Of a stretch of 64,000 nucleotides of DNA, positions 25,929 through 36,154 are shown in pieces (positions within the stretch are counted from its first letter, which is position 1; every line of letters starts with the position of its first letter). The translations under genes were made by a program, and so were the position numbers. The stretch spans positions 18,892 through 82,891 of the forward strand of contig JAUIEF010000002.1 of the NCBI GenBank assembly GCA_030428785.1. Reading direction: 5' to 3'. The DNA comes from a bacterium. GTDB lineage: Bacteria > Planctomycetota > B15-G4. Below the pieces are notes generated by a model. That model ran no database searches. It was not told the origin of the DNA and was given only the letters and a program-made list of their open reading frames with translations.

Positions 25929-27020
25929 TCAGTAGGACACGACCCCCGTCTTCGACTTGTTCGCGAGGAAGGTGTTCTGCGCCGGCAGGTCCGACGCGAT
26001 GTCGGCGTCGGCGCTCTTCTTCACCTTGTTGAAGGAGATCGTGTTGCCCGTGCCGATCACGGAGATGCCCTCGTCGCCGGCTTTGCTCACGGCGTTGGCG
26101 GTCACGAGCGTGTCCGCGCTCACGACCTCGATGCCGTCGCCGCCGGTCGCCTTGATCGTGTTGCCCTGGACGACGCCGTCCGACGCGCCGATGCGGATGC
26201 CGAACTGCTCGACCTTGCTCACCTTGTTGCCGGCGACGAGCGCCCGGTCGCCCACGATCTCGATGCCCGACAGGCACTTCTTGATCGAGTTGCGGAGCAC
26301 GTGCGTGTCGGCCGCGAGGGACCGGACGGCGGCGGCCGACGACTCGACCTCGTTGTCGACGATGAGGTTGTTGGACCCCGAGGCGACGTCGAAGGCGCGG
26401 AACGTGCCGCCGTCGACCTCGTTCTCCGTCGCGGAGCAGGCCGTCGCGCCGAGGAAGAAGACCGACCGCGTGCAGTTCTCGAACTCGTTACGCGCGGCGA
26501 CGCCGCCCGTCGTGTCGTCGAGGTACACGCCGGTCGTGCACTGCACGAAGGAGCTCTCCGTGACGGCGGCCGCGCTGCCGCCGTCGACGTGGACGCCGAT
26601 GCCGACGCGCGTGAAGCGGCAGTCGTGCACGTGCACGGCCCGGCTCGAGAGGGCGGTCACGCCCGTCGGGCTCCCGATGCCCGGCGGGTCGTCGCCGCCG
26701 ACGAAGCGCAGGTCGACGAGCCGGATGCCCGTGCTGCCGACCACGAGCACGACCTCGTCGACACCGAGGGGCGCGCGCAGCACGACCTTGCCCTTGCCGC
26801 GGAGCGTGAGGTCGACGCGGCTCGTGATGTTCACGGTCTCCTCGTAGGTGCCCGAGGAGATGAGCACGACGTCGCCGGTGCCGGCGAGGTTCACGGCGGC
26901 CTGGATGGTCGCGGCGTCCTGCGGGACGCGGACCACGCCGGCGGCGGCGGGCAGCGCGGCGAGGGCCAGGACGAGCGCCGGCAACGCGGCGCGGAGGGAG
27001 CGGAGGCGGGAGGACGGCAT
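25929..27020 (-). CDS. secreted right-handed parallel beta-helix repeat protein
   Basis: Signal peptide; repeated GNxI/V beta-helix turns (VQGNTIKATGGDGIEV, VTANAVSKAGDEGISV). Confidence 0.75.
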   Translation of the reverse strand: MPSSRLRSLRAALPALVLALAALPAAAGVVRVPQDAATIQAAVNLAGTGDVVLISSGTYEETVNITSRVDLTLRGKGKVVLRAPLGVDEVVLVVGSTGIRLVDLRFVGGDDPPGIGSPTGVTALSSRAVHVHDCRFTRVGIGVHVDGGSAAAVTESSFVQCTTGVYLDDTTGGVAARNEFENCTRSVFFLGATACSATENEVDGGTFRAFDVASGSNNLIVDNEVESSAAAVRSLAADTHVLRNSIKKCLSGIEIVGDRALVAGNKVSKVEQFGIRIGASDGVVQGNTIKATGGDGIEVVSADTLVTANAVSKAGDEGISVIGTGNTISFNKVKKSADADIASDLPAQNTFLANKSKTGVVSY

Positions 27021-27180
27021 GGGGATCGTTCCTTTGCGGGGGTGGTCACCCGGGAGGAACGACCTCGCGCCCGGGACCCCGACAGGAATTCCCGGGAGCC
27101 CGCCGACGGGGCGGATCGCGCCCGCGGACGGCCCCCGGTCACGCGATCGGCCGGCTCCCGCGCGGAGGCCGGCCCGCCGC

Positions 27181-27891
27181 TCAGTCGCGGCTCAGGAAGA
27201 TCTGCAGCACGTACCAGAACATGAGCGCGATCGAGGCGAAGAGCTCGAGCGCGGCGCCCACGTGCCGGTCCTCGGGGAAGTGGTGCAGGACGTTCGAGGT
27301 GTCGTGGAGCACCGCGCCGCCGGCGAGCGCGACCATGACGAGCGAGAAGCCCGTGCCGAGGTGGAAGCCGAAGATCGCGCCGGAGACGATCGCGACGAGC
27401 GCGACGATGAAGCCCCAACGCAACAGCCCGCGGAGGAACGTGAAGTCCTTGCGCGTCCAGAGGACGACGCCGGTCAGCCCGCCGAAGCCCAGCAGCGTCA
27501 CGGTCGCGGCGCTCTCGATGGCGCCCGGCGCGTAGGCCTGCGCGATGTAGAGGATCGGGATGAAGATGAGCGCCTCGGCCACGACGAAGCCGGCGAGCGC
27601 CGCGTACTGCACCGCGGGCGACGTCGCCGTGTGCGCGGCGCGGCTCGCGATCCACGAGACGACGATGAAGCCGCCGAGCACGAGCAGCCAGCTCGTGCCG
27701 AGCATGGCCGACGCGAGGCGCTCCGCGATGCCGGTCGAGAACAGGAGCACCTCGAGCCCGGTGAACGCGAGGATCGCGCCGAACAGGTGCCAGTACGTGC
27801 GCACGATGAACGCGGAGCGGGCGCCCACGTCGAGCGCGCCGACGGGCGTGAAGGTCGTGGGGTAGGCGGTGGCGCGGGTGTTCGCGGGCAT
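27181..27891 (-). CDS. Bax inhibitor-1/YccA (TMBIM) family membrane protein
   Basis: Seven predicted TM helices. The long antisense-like N-terminal leader of the ORF is discarded; ATG at 27891 chosen. Confidence 0.8.
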   Translation of the reverse strand: MPANTRATAYPTTFTPVGALDVGARSAFIVRTYWHLFGAILAFTGLEVLLFSTGIAERLASAMLGTSWLLVLGGFIVVSWIASRAAHTATSPAVQYAALAGFVVAEALIFIPILYIAQAYAPGAIESAATVTLLGFGGLTGVVLWTRKDFTFLRGLLRWGFIVALVAIVSGAIFGFHLGTGFSLVMVALAGGAVLHDTSNVLHHFPEDRHVGAALELFASIALMFWYVLQIFLSRD

Positions 27892-28048
27892 GGGTCGGTC
27901 TCCGTCGCGGGCTCCCCTCCGCGGGCCGAGGGTAGCGGCCGGCCGGCCGGCGCACCACAACGGTCCGCCGGACCCGGGGTAGGATGGCGCGGCCGGGAGC
28001 AGGGAGGAGACCGCCTCCCGCCGGACGCACCACCGAGGGAGCAGGACC

Positions 28049-29353
28049 ATGACGCAGACCTCCACGCCGCGGATCCGCGCCGCGACGGCGCTGCTCGCGC
28101 TGCTGACCGTGTCCGCCGCGACGAGCGCGCAGACGACCTGGGTCGTCGACGACGACGGCGGCGTCGGCGTCGACTTCACGGACATCCAGGCCGCGATCGA
28201 CTCGGCGGCTCCCGCGGACCTCGTCGTGGTGCGCGACGGCACGTACGCCGGCTTCACGCTCGACTTCGGGCTGCGCATCGTCGCCGACACGGGGCACGCG
28301 CCGGAGGTCGGCGGACCGGGCATCGACATCGGAACGGTCCCCGCGAACCAGTACGTCGTGCTGTCCGGGATCGACGTCGAGCAGGCGGCCCTGTACGTGC
28401 ACGACAACACGGGCAGCGTGCTCCTCGACGACGGCACGTTCCGCGGCGCGGTGGGGCTCTCGGAGCTCGTGCTGGTCGACAACGCGGCGGTCGTCATCAG
28501 CCGCAGCACCGTCTCGGGTCGCAGCGGCAACGAGTGGTCGCCCGGCGTCCCCAGCTACTCCGCCCGCTCGGCCGTCGAGGCCGTCCGGTCCACGGTCGTG
28601 ATCTCCGGGAGCACGGTGAGCGGGGGTCGCGGCGCCACCCAGTACAAGTCGGACGGACTCCCCGGCGCGACCGCGATCGACGCGACGGACTCGGACGTCT
28701 TCGTGCAGACGTCGACCGTGCAGGGCGGCTCCGGCGGCGACTACTGGGGCCCGGACCCGTTCGAGTTCGACTGCGACGGCGGCGACGGCGCGCCCGCGAT
28801 GCAGCTGGACGGGTGCACCGTGGTGATCACCGGACGCGGCACGGACGTCGTCCGCGGCGGCGACACGGGCACGCCGAGCTGGCTCGGGTCCCCCGGCGTC
28901 CCCGCCCCGACGATCGTCACCGACTCCAGCACCATCCGTTACTCGGGCCCCGCGCTGCTCACCTACGGCGGCGCGCCGGTGCTCGACGCGACGGCGACCC
29001 TGTTCACCGCCTATCCGTTCGCGGTGCCGGCCTTCAGTGTCGGCGGCGACACGCTGCTCGGCGGCTCGCTCACGATCGACCTCGACTCGGCGCCCGACGC
29101 GCTCTTCGCGATCCTCGTGTCGCCGCTGCCCGGGGTGGCGCCGGTGGGCGCGCCACCCACGTACCTCCTGCTCGACCCGGGCGTGTTCACGGTCCCGCTC
29201 ATCGCCACGACCGACGGCGCCGGCTCGTTCGACGCGGCGCTGGGCGTGCCGGCGGACCCGTCGCTGCAGGGCATTCCGGTCCACAGCCAGGCGTTCGTGC
29301 AACTGCCGGGCCGCGACGTCCTGAGCACGTCGGCCAGCTTCGTCCTGCGCTGA
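28049..29353 (+). CDS. secreted beta-helix-like protein with divergent copy of the recurrent C-terminal domain
   Basis: Signal peptide; GxxG/DGxxxG-rich beta-helix segments. C-terminal ~100 aa (LTIDLDSAPDALFAILVSPLPG...HSQAFVQLPGRDVLSTSASFVLR) follows the same spacing pattern as the recurrent domain. Confidence 0.7.
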   Translation: MTQTSTPRIRAATALLALLTVSAATSAQTTWVVDDDGGVGVDFTDIQAAIDSAAPADLVVVRDGTYAGFTLDFGLRIVADTGHAPEVGGPGIDIGTVPANQYVVLSGIDVEQAALYVHDNTGSVLLDDGTFRGAVGLSELVLVDNAAVVISRSTVSGRSGNEWSPGVPSYSARSAVEAVRSTVVISGSTVSGGRGATQYKSDGLPGATAIDATDSDVFVQTSTVQGGSGGDYWGPDPFEFDCDGGDGAPAMQLDGCTVVITGRGTDVVRGGDTGTPSWLGSPGVPAPTIVTDSSTIRYSGPALLTYGGAPVLDATATLFTAYPFAVPAFSVGGDTLLGGSLTIDLDSAPDALFAILVSPLPGVAPVGAPPTYLLLDPGVFTVPLIATTDGAGSFDAALGVPADPSLQGIPVHSQAFVQLPGRDVLSTSASFVLR

Positions 29354-29372
29354 TCGACCGCGCGGCGGCGGG

Positions 29373-29394
29373 CCGGGGACCGCGCGCTCCCCGG
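29373..29394 (+). terminator. GC-rich hairpin 20 nt after the stop of the 28049-29353 gene
   Basis: CCGGGGA-ccgcgcgc-TCCCCGG, a 7-bp stem; no U-tract. Confidence 0.3.
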
Positions 29395-29475
29395 GGCGCG
29401 CGCGTGCCGCGGTCGCTCACCGCTCCGTCGGGCCGATGCGCGGCACCGGTCCCGCCGCCTGCTAGCATCGCGGGC

Positions 29476-30042
29476 ATGGCCGACGCCGCGCTCACCACGC
29501 AGCTCCTCTCCCGCGCGACGCGCGGCGACGGCGCGGCCGCGGAGCAGCTCTTCCCGCTGGTCTACGACGAGCTGCGCCGCCTCGCCGGCGCGTACATGGC
29601 GAAGCAGGCGGCGGCGCACACGCTCCAGCCGACGGCGCTCGTGCACGAGGCGTGGGTGAAGCTCGTCGACGTCGAGCGGAGCGACGTCGAGGACCGCGCG
29701 CACTTCTTCCGGCTCGCGGCGTCGGCGATGCGCTCGGTGCTCGTCGACCACGCACGCGGCAAGGCGCGGAGCAAGCGCGGCGGCGACCGCGAGCGCGTGC
29801 CGCTCACGGACCTCGACCCGGCGGACCGTCCGGACGTCGCCGTCGAGGACCTGCTCGACCTCGACGCGTCGCTGCGCGAGCTCGAGTTGGTCGACGAGCC
29901 CCTCGCGCGCCTCGTCGAGCTGCGCTTCTTCGGCGGGCTCACGAACGACGAGACGGCCGAGGTGCTCGGTGTCTCGACGCGCACCGTCGAGCGCGGCTGG
30001 CGCACGGCCCGCGCGTGGCTGGGCACCGCGCTCGGCGGCTGA
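29476..30042 (+). CDS. ECF sigma factor (TIGR02999-like subgroup)
   Basis: FPLVYDELRRLA region 2 and C-terminal region 4 HTH (TAEVLGVSTRTVERGWRTARAWL). Confidence 0.85.
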   Translation: MADAALTTQLLSRATRGDGAAAEQLFPLVYDELRRLAGAYMAKQAAAHTLQPTALVHEAWVKLVDVERSDVEDRAHFFRLAASAMRSVLVDHARGKARSKRGGDRERVPLTDLDPADRPDVAVEDLLDLDASLRELELVDEPLARLVELRFFGGLTNDETAEVLGVSTRTVERGWRTARAWLGTALGG

Positions 30043-30145
30043 CGCGCGCCGACCGACGCGGCGCGGCGCCGCACCGTGATGCCGACGCACCGGTGATCCG
30101 ACGCGGCGTTGGGCGTATCCTCGGTGCTCCGGAGAGAGGAGCACC

Positions 30146-31474
30146 ATGACGCACACGACCGACGGACCCGGGCCCACGCCCGACGCGGAGTGCAGTACGC
30201 GACGGCACGCGCCCGACGAGCGAGGCCGCCTCACGCGACGGCACGCCGCGCGAAGGCCAGCGCTCGCCGAAGCGGCGCGCTCCCTCGCGACGATCCTCGC
30301 GTGTTCCGCATCCCTCGCGGCGCAGGAGGCGCCGGCTCCCCCGACGGTCCTCGTGCCGGCGCCCGCGGCGGTCGGCGCGTCAGTCGGCCACGCGGTCGCG
30401 CTCGACGGCGACACGCTCGTGCTCGGCGCGATCGACGACGACGGCGCGGCGCCCTCGTCCGGCGCCGCCTACGTCTACGGCCGCGACCGCCACGACGGAC
30501 ACTGGACGCTCGAGGCGCAGCTCACGGGCACGCCGGACTTCGCGTGGTTCGGGCGCGCGGTCGACGTGGACGGCGACACGGTCGTCGTCGGCGCGCCCTT
30601 CGACGACCACGCGGGGGCGTCGAGCGGCGCGGTGCACCTCTTCGCGCGCGACGGGGCCGGCTGGCGCGCGGACGGCCCGCTGCTCCCCGACGACGCGACG
30701 GCCGGTCAGCACCTCGGCGACGCCCTCGCGCTCGACCGCGACGTGCTGCTCGTCGGCGCGCCCTTCGACGACGGCGCGGGCACGGACGCCGGCGCGGCCT
30801 ACGTCTTCCGGCGCGTCGGCGGCGCGTGGGTCCAGGAGGCGCGGCTGCTCGCCCCGACGCCCGCGGCGTTCACGTTCTTCGGCGAGTCCGTCGCGCTCGA
30901 CGGTGACGTCGCCGCCGTGGGCAGCCCCGTGGGCGAGGCCGTCGACGTCTACACGCGTCGCGGCGGCGCGTGGTCGCACGTGCAGCGGCTCGCCGCGCCG
31001 GCGCCCGGCTTCCGCGAGTTCGGCCGCTCGCTCGCGCTCGAGCACCGCACGCTCGCCGTGGGCGCGCCCATGGACGACCGGCAGGCGCACAAGGCGGGCG
31101 CCGCGTTCGTGTTCCGGCACGCGTCCGGCGGGTGGTCGCTCGAGCAGACGCTCCGCGCGAGCGACTACGACGTGGAGGAGGAGTTCGGGCACGCCGTCGC
31201 GCTGCGGCGTCGGACGATCCTCGTCGGCGCGCCCTTCGCGGAGGACTCGGCCCAGGGCGCGGTCTACCGCTTCCATCGCACGGGCGGCGCGTGGTCCGAG
31301 CGCGACATCCTCCGGCCGACGGTCTCCCCCACCGCGTTCTTCGGCTACGCCGTCGACCTGGACGGCGACCACGTGCTCATCGGCGCGCCGTCGTTCGAGG
31401 ACTTCACGGGGACGTGCTGCCCGGGCGCGGGACACGTCGTCCCGACGGCCGGCTTCGCGGCGGGGCTGCCGTAG
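30146..31474 (+). CDS. FG-GAP repeat (integrin-alpha-like beta-propeller) protein
   Basis: Seven repeats of the form xLDGDxLxxGAPxDDxxGxxSGAAYVF. RBS GGAGAGAGGAG. N-terminal region possibly Tat/Sec signal; start uncertain. Confidence 0.7.
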   Translation: MTHTTDGPGPTPDAECSTRRHAPDERGRLTRRHAARRPALAEAARSLATILACSASLAAQEAPAPPTVLVPAPAAVGASVGHAVALDGDTLVLGAIDDDGAAPSSGAAYVYGRDRHDGHWTLEAQLTGTPDFAWFGRAVDVDGDTVVVGAPFDDHAGASSGAVHLFARDGAGWRADGPLLPDDATAGQHLGDALALDRDVLLVGAPFDDGAGTDAGAAYVFRRVGGAWVQEARLLAPTPAAFTFFGESVALDGDVAAVGSPVGEAVDVYTRRGGAWSHVQRLAAPAPGFREFGRSLALEHRTLAVGAPMDDRQAHKAGAAFVFRHASGGWSLEQTLRASDYDVEEEFGHAVALRRRTILVGAPFAEDSAQGAVYRFHRTGGAWSERDILRPTVSPTAFFGYAVDLDGDHVLIGAPSFEDFTGTCCPGAGHVVPTAGFAAGLP

Positions 31475-31586
31475 GAACCACGGCCCGGGAGCGTGCCGCA
31501 GGTCGTCGAGGGCGGCGGCCCCCACGGTCACCGATCCGCGCGCCCACGCGCGCGACCTCGGCCGCCCGCCGCGGTTCCCGCGCGCC

Positions 31587-32606
31587 GTGAACACCGCGTG
31601 CCGGGTCGCCGTCGTCGTCGGGATGCTCGCGGGCGGCGCGTCGCTCCTCGCGTTCGGCGCGGACCACGTGTGGTGCTTCGACACGCTCGCGGCGTTCCGG
31701 GTGCAGGGGTTCGTGCTCACCGTCGGCGCCGCCGCCGTGCTGTGGGCGGGCCGGTGCCGCCGGTCCGCGTGCGCGACGACCGCGCTCGCCGTGGTCGCGG
31801 CGGTGCCGCTCGCGATGCTCGTGCGCGACGACGCGCCACCCGCCGACCGGAGCCTCGGGACGCTGCGGCTGCTCACCTACAACCAGCGTCGCGGGAACCC
31901 GCGCCTCGAGGTCGCCGCCGAGGTGCTCGCGCGACACCCGGCCGACCTGCTCCTCGTGCAGGAGGTGGAGCCGGAGCTGCTCGCCCTGCTCACGGGGCCG
32001 GAGGGCGCGTGGCGCATCGTGGCCGCGTCGCTGCGGGAGACCGTCGCGGACGCCGCGCTGCTCGCGGCACGCGACCTGCCGGGTCACCTGACGGTCGTCG
32101 ACTCCGGCGTGCTCGGCCGGGAGCACGGCCTCCCGTTCCTCCCGGCACCCTGGCTGCGCCTGCGGTGGTCCGGCCGGGAGCTCACGCTGCTCGGCTTCCG
32201 CGCGCCGCCGCCGCGGGGACCGACCGAGTCGGCCCGCGCGCGCGAGGCCGTCGACGCCGCGCTCGCGTGGCTGCGCGGTCGCACGGACCCGCTCGTCGTG
32301 CTCGGCGACCTGAACGCCACGCCGTGGAACCGCACGCACCGTCGCCTCGTCGCGGCGTGCGATCTCGTCGATTCGTTGCAGGGCCGCGGGCTGCAGCCGA
32401 CCTTCCCCGTCGACCGGCTCTACCGCTGGCCGGCGCGCATCCCCATCGACCACTGCCTCCACGCACGGTCGCTCGTCACGCTGGAGCGCCGCGTCATCAC
32501 CGACGACACGGGCTCCGACCACGCCCCGGTCCTCGTCGAGCTCGCGTGGCGGCGCACCGACGACGGGACCGCGCCCTCGGCCGACCCGCCCGTCGGCGCG
32601 CGGTGA
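31587..32606 (+). CDS. membrane-anchored endonuclease/exonuclease/phosphatase (EEP) family protein
   Basis: N-terminal TM helices; motifs LLLVQEV, VVLGDLNATPWN, IDHCLHA, SDHAPVLVEL. Start is either GTG 31587 or ATG 31623. Confidence 0.7.
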   Translation: MNTACRVAVVVGMLAGGASLLAFGADHVWCFDTLAAFRVQGFVLTVGAAAVLWAGRCRRSACATTALAVVAAVPLAMLVRDDAPPADRSLGTLRLLTYNQRRGNPRLEVAAEVLARHPADLLLVQEVEPELLALLTGPEGAWRIVAASLRETVADAALLAARDLPGHLTVVDSGVLGREHGLPFLPAPWLRLRWSGRELTLLGFRAPPPRGPTESARAREAVDAALAWLRGRTDPLVVLGDLNATPWNRTHRRLVAACDLVDSLQGRGLQPTFPVDRLYRWPARIPIDHCLHARSLVTLERRVITDDTGSDHAPVLVELAWRRTDDGTAPSADPPVGAR

Positions 32607-32637
32607 ACGCGCGTCGGCCGCGAGCGCGCCTCGCCCG

Positions 32638-33591
32638 CTAGAACGCCGTCCCCACGACCGCGCCGCTCAGCGACGCGCCGTGGATCGGGACGGTGCCGTC
32701 GACGACGCCCACCTGGAACGTGAAGGGCGTGCCCGACGGCGCGCCGCTGAAGGTCGTGCTGCCGGAGAGCGCGCCGGCCGCGTCGGTGAACGCGAGCACC
32801 TGCGCCGTCACGGGGAACGCGTGGAGCGTGCCGCCGAGGAACGGCGCGGGCACGGAGTTCACGTTCATGAACACGACGGCGAGCGAGCTCGGCGCGGCCT
32901 GCGTGAGCGCGAGCGACACGGTCGTGCCCGGCTTCAGCACACCGGACATCGAGAGCCGCGGCACGCCGTTCACCCCGCTCGTCCCGCCGCCGAGCGGCTT
33001 CCACACGCGCTCGATCTGGATGCCGCTGAACGCGCCCGTGTCGCCGAAGCCCGTCCCGAACGGGTTGGCCCAGCTCACGGTGAACGACCCGGTCGAGAAG
33101 AGCGCGCGCACGCGCACGTGCGTGAAGCCGAGCTGGAACTGGCCGAGCCAGAGGCTGTTCGTGATCTGCTGGCCGCCGGGGCCGAGGAACCAGGTCTCCC
33201 AGCCGCCCATGTTCGGCAGGAAGCCGTACATGAGGAGGTCGTACTCGCCGGGGCGCAGCCCGTCGACGGTGAGGAACTCGGGGAGGTCGCCCGCCCAGAT
33301 GCCGTCCTTGAGCAGCTCGTTCACGTCCGTCGGGAGATCCGGGTCGTCGAACGAGATGACGCCGCCGCCGAACTGCGGGACCGTGACGGTGACGCCGGTC
33401 GGCGCGCCGCTCACGTCGACGAGCGGCACGGGGATGTCCGGCTGCGGGTCGATGCCGTTCCACGTGCCGGTCTGACCGGCGGCGCCGAAGGTCGACGGTG
33501 GGACCTCGCCGGGCGTCTGCGAGAAGTCGACGTTGATGTCCTGGGCGGCGACGGGCGCGGCGAGCAGGAACGCGAGCAGCAGGGTGCGCAT
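32638..33591 (-). CDS. secreted protein with recurrent C-terminal domain
   Basis: ATG at 33591 with AGGAGGAG upstream; signal peptide. C-terminus LAVVFMNVNSVPAPFLGGTLHAFPVTAQVLAFTDAAGALSGS...FTFQVGVVDGTVP. Confidence 0.75.
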   Translation of the reverse strand: MRTLLLAFLLAAPVAAQDINVDFSQTPGEVPPSTFGAAGQTGTWNGIDPQPDIPVPLVDVSGAPTGVTVTVPQFGGGVISFDDPDLPTDVNELLKDGIWAGDLPEFLTVDGLRPGEYDLLMYGFLPNMGGWETWFLGPGGQQITNSLWLGQFQLGFTHVRVRALFSTGSFTVSWANPFGTGFGDTGAFSGIQIERVWKPLGGGTSGVNGVPRLSMSGVLKPGTTVSLALTQAAPSSLAVVFMNVNSVPAPFLGGTLHAFPVTAQVLAFTDAAGALSGSTTFSGAPSGTPFTFQVGVVDGTVPIHGASLSGAVVGTAF

Positions 33592-33657
33592 GGGGATCTC
33601 CTCCTGCGCCCCAGCCTACCGCGTCCCCGGCGATCCGGTCGTGACGCCTCGCGGGGA

Positions 33658-35235
33658 TCAGTCGTACGCCACGAGCAGCTCCCACCCCAGCAGGCGCCCC
33701 GCGAGCCCCGCGAAGTCGTCGTCGACGAGGAGCTGCCACTCGCCCGACGCGTCGAGACCGTCGAAGACCGCGAGCTGCGCGGCGCCCTGCGGGTTGAACG
33801 TGCCGTCGACCGGGCGGTCGTTGGGGTCGTCCGGGTGGTCGCCGATGTCCGGGCCGAACTCGTCGCCGAGCCGGACGTAGAAGCCGTCGTCGTTGTGGCC
33901 CGCGTCGGCGAAGAGCGGGAGCTCGGTCGCGCTCGGCACGTGGCGCAGCCGCACCTCGAGGTCCGCGGCGAAGGTGTGCTGGATCGCGAGCGACACGTCG
34001 AGGTCGCGCACGGTGCCGGCCGTCGCGGGCACGTGGACGGACGAGACGAGCACAGCGCCGCCGGGGCCGTCGTCCGGGACGTCCGCGATCGCGCCGGACG
34101 CGAAGACCTCCGCGTTCACGCGACCCGTCGCGAGGAACAGCCCGCGCTTCGGCTTCGCACCGAACGGCAGGAACGCGTCGGCCGGCGTGTCGTCGAAGCC
34201 GGCGCCCGGCGCGTCGGCGTCGTCGCGCACGCGCACCTCCGGCGGACGGCCGCGACCCGGCGCGGTGACGAGCTCGACGAACGGACCGTCGTCGTCCGTG
34301 TCCCCGGCCGCGACGCGCACGCCGCCCTTGATCGCCTTGCCCTCGTACGCGACGAGCGTCTGGAGCCGCGGGTCGTCGGCGAGCAGGCCGTCGCCGTCCT
34401 GGTCCCCGAACACCGCCACCTCGGTGAGCTTGCGCGCGGCCGACACGAAGAGCTCGGCGCCGCCCGACGTGCCGAGCCCCTCCACCGGGCCGGCCGCGAG
34501 GAACACGCCGCCCTTCTGCTTGCCGTCGAAGGCGGTGAACGCCTCGAGCGACGCCTCGTCGGAGAGCAGGCCGTCGAGATCCGTGTCACGCAGCACGACG
34601 ACGTCGGTGCGTCCCTTCGGCCCCGGCCCGTGCCCGACGAAGAGCTCGTCCCGGCCGTCGCCGTCCGTGTCGCCCGCGGCGAGCGTCACGCCCGCGCGGA
34701 ACGGGTCGCCGAACGGCGCGAGCTCCTCGAGCAGGTCGTCGCCGACGAGGCCGTCGCCGTCCGCGTCGCCGTACACGCGCACGAGCCCGTCGGACTTGGC
34801 GCCCCCGCCGACGAAGAGCTCGTCGCGCCCGTCGCCGTCGAGGTCGCCCGCCGCGACAAACACGCCCTCCTTCGTGTCGACCCCGAACGCGCTGAACGTC
34901 TCGAGCCGCGCGCCGAGCGAGCCGTCGGACGTCACGTCGTACACGTCGACGCGCGAGCCGCTCTTGCGACCGCCGCCCAGCACGAGCTCCGTGTTGCCGT
35001 CGCCGTCGAGGTCCGCCGTCGCGACGCGCACGCCGCCCGTGTCCTTCCCGAACGGCTGGAGCTCCTGGACGAGCGTCTCGAACACCCCGTCCTGGTCGAC
35101 GTCCGCGTAGACGCGCAGCGTCGTGAGCGGTCCCTTGTCCGTGCCCACGTAGAGGAACTGGGTCGCGGCGGCCTCGGGCGCGAGGAGGAGCAGCGCGAGC
35201 GCCGCGGCGCGGACGGGACACGCGGGGGAGGACAT
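33658..35235 (-). CDS. secreted FG-GAP/VCBS repeat protein with C-terminal proprotein-convertase P-domain
   Basis: Signal peptide; about 7 DLDGDGxxEL repeats. C-terminal VRDLDVSLAIQHTFAADLEVRLRHVPSATELPLF...GEWQLLVDDDFAGLAGRLLGWELLVAY matches the P-domain pattern. No subtilase domain present. Confidence 0.75.
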   Translation of the reverse strand: MSSPACPVRAAALALLLLAPEAAATQFLYVGTDKGPLTTLRVYADVDQDGVFETLVQELQPFGKDTGGVRVATADLDGDGNTELVLGGGRKSGSRVDVYDVTSDGSLGARLETFSAFGVDTKEGVFVAAGDLDGDGRDELFVGGGAKSDGLVRVYGDADGDGLVGDDLLEELAPFGDPFRAGVTLAAGDTDGDGRDELFVGHGPGPKGRTDVVVLRDTDLDGLLSDEASLEAFTAFDGKQKGGVFLAAGPVEGLGTSGGAELFVSAARKLTEVAVFGDQDGDGLLADDPRLQTLVAYEGKAIKGGVRVAAGDTDDDGPFVELVTAPGRGRPPEVRVRDDADAPGAGFDDTPADAFLPFGAKPKRGLFLATGRVNAEVFASGAIADVPDDGPGGAVLVSSVHVPATAGTVRDLDVSLAIQHTFAADLEVRLRHVPSATELPLFADAGHNDDGFYVRLGDEFGPDIGDHPDDPNDRPVDGTFNPQGAAQLAVFDGLDASGEWQLLVDDDFAGLAGRLLGWELLVAYD

Positions 35236-35290
35236 GGCGGGGCTCCGGTCGGGGCGACCGCCCACGATAGAGGATGGCGGCGCGCGGCCG

Positions 35291-36154
35291 TCAGGCGCGC
35301 GGGTCGACCGCGCGCGGACCGTCGTCGCCGACCACCCGCGGGAAGCCGTCCGCGGCCCAGCGCGCCTTCGCCGCCTCGATGCGCTCGACGCTCGACGCGA
35401 CGTAGTTCCAGTGCATGTGCAGCGGCGCCTCGCGTCGCGCGCCGCCGAGGAGCAGGACGCGCGCGCCGGCCTCCGCGGCGACCGTCGCGGGCTCCCCGTC
35501 GTCGAGCACGACGAGCGCGCCGGGCTCCCGGACCTCCCCGCCCACGCGACACGCGCCCGCGAGCGGCCAGAGCGCGCGCTCGCCGAGCGCCGCGTCGAGC
35601 ACGACCTCGCCGGGCGCCGACCAGACGGCGTCCACGTAGAAGAGCGGCGTGTGCACGGGCACCGGCGACTCCGCGCCGAACGCCTCGCCGACGAGCACGC
35701 GCAACGACACGCCGTCGACCTCGACGACCGGCAGGCTCGCGGCCTCCTGGTGCCGGAACGCCGGCTCGGCGTCCTCGGACTCCGGCGGCAGCGCGACCCA
35801 CGCCTGCACGCCGTGCATGACGAACTCGCGCGCGCGTGCCGCGTCGCCGGTGCGCTCGCTGTGCGTCACGCCGCGGCCGGCGGTCATCCAGTTCACGTCG
35901 CCGGGGACGATCGTCTGCGTGCAGCCCAGCGAGTCGCGGTGCACGAGCTCGCCGGACAGCAGGTACGTGAGCGTCGCGAGGCCGATGTGCGGGTGCGGCC
36001 GCACGTCCATGCCCTCGCCGGCGGCGAGCGTCACCGGTCCCATCTCGTCGAGGAAGCAGAACGGGCCCACGCACCGACGCTCGCGACGCGGCAGCACGCG
36101 CTTCACGGGGAGCCCGTCGACGTCGGCGGCGCGGGGGATGACGAGCTGGGGCAC
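35291..36154 (-). CDS. pirin-family cupin protein
   Basis: VKRVLP, PHPHIGLATLTYLLSGE, HRDSLG and VNWMTAGRGVTHSE motifs. Start set to GTG 36154 (GGAG 7 nt upstream) because the in-frame ATG at 36298 abuts the divergent SDR gene. Confidence 0.7.
   Translation of the reverse strand: MPQLVIPRAADVDGLPVKRVLPRRERRCVGPFCFLDEMGPVTLAAGEGMDVRPHPHIGLATLTYLLSGELVHRDSLGCTQTIVPGDVNWMTAGRGVTHSERTGDAARAREFVMHGVQAWVALPPESEDAEPAFRHQEAASLPVVEVDGVSLRVLVGEAFGAESPVPVHTPLFYVDAVWSAPGEVVLDAALGERALWPLAGACRVGGEVREPGALVVLDDGEPATVAAEAGARVLLLGGARREAPLHMHWNYVASSVERIEAAKARWAADGFPRVVGDDGPRAVDPRA

Noticed and set aside
32680-35820. 1046-aa plus-strand ORF spanning two minus-strand genes
   Set aside because: Antisense to two well-supported secreted genes; R/E/A-rich with no domain.
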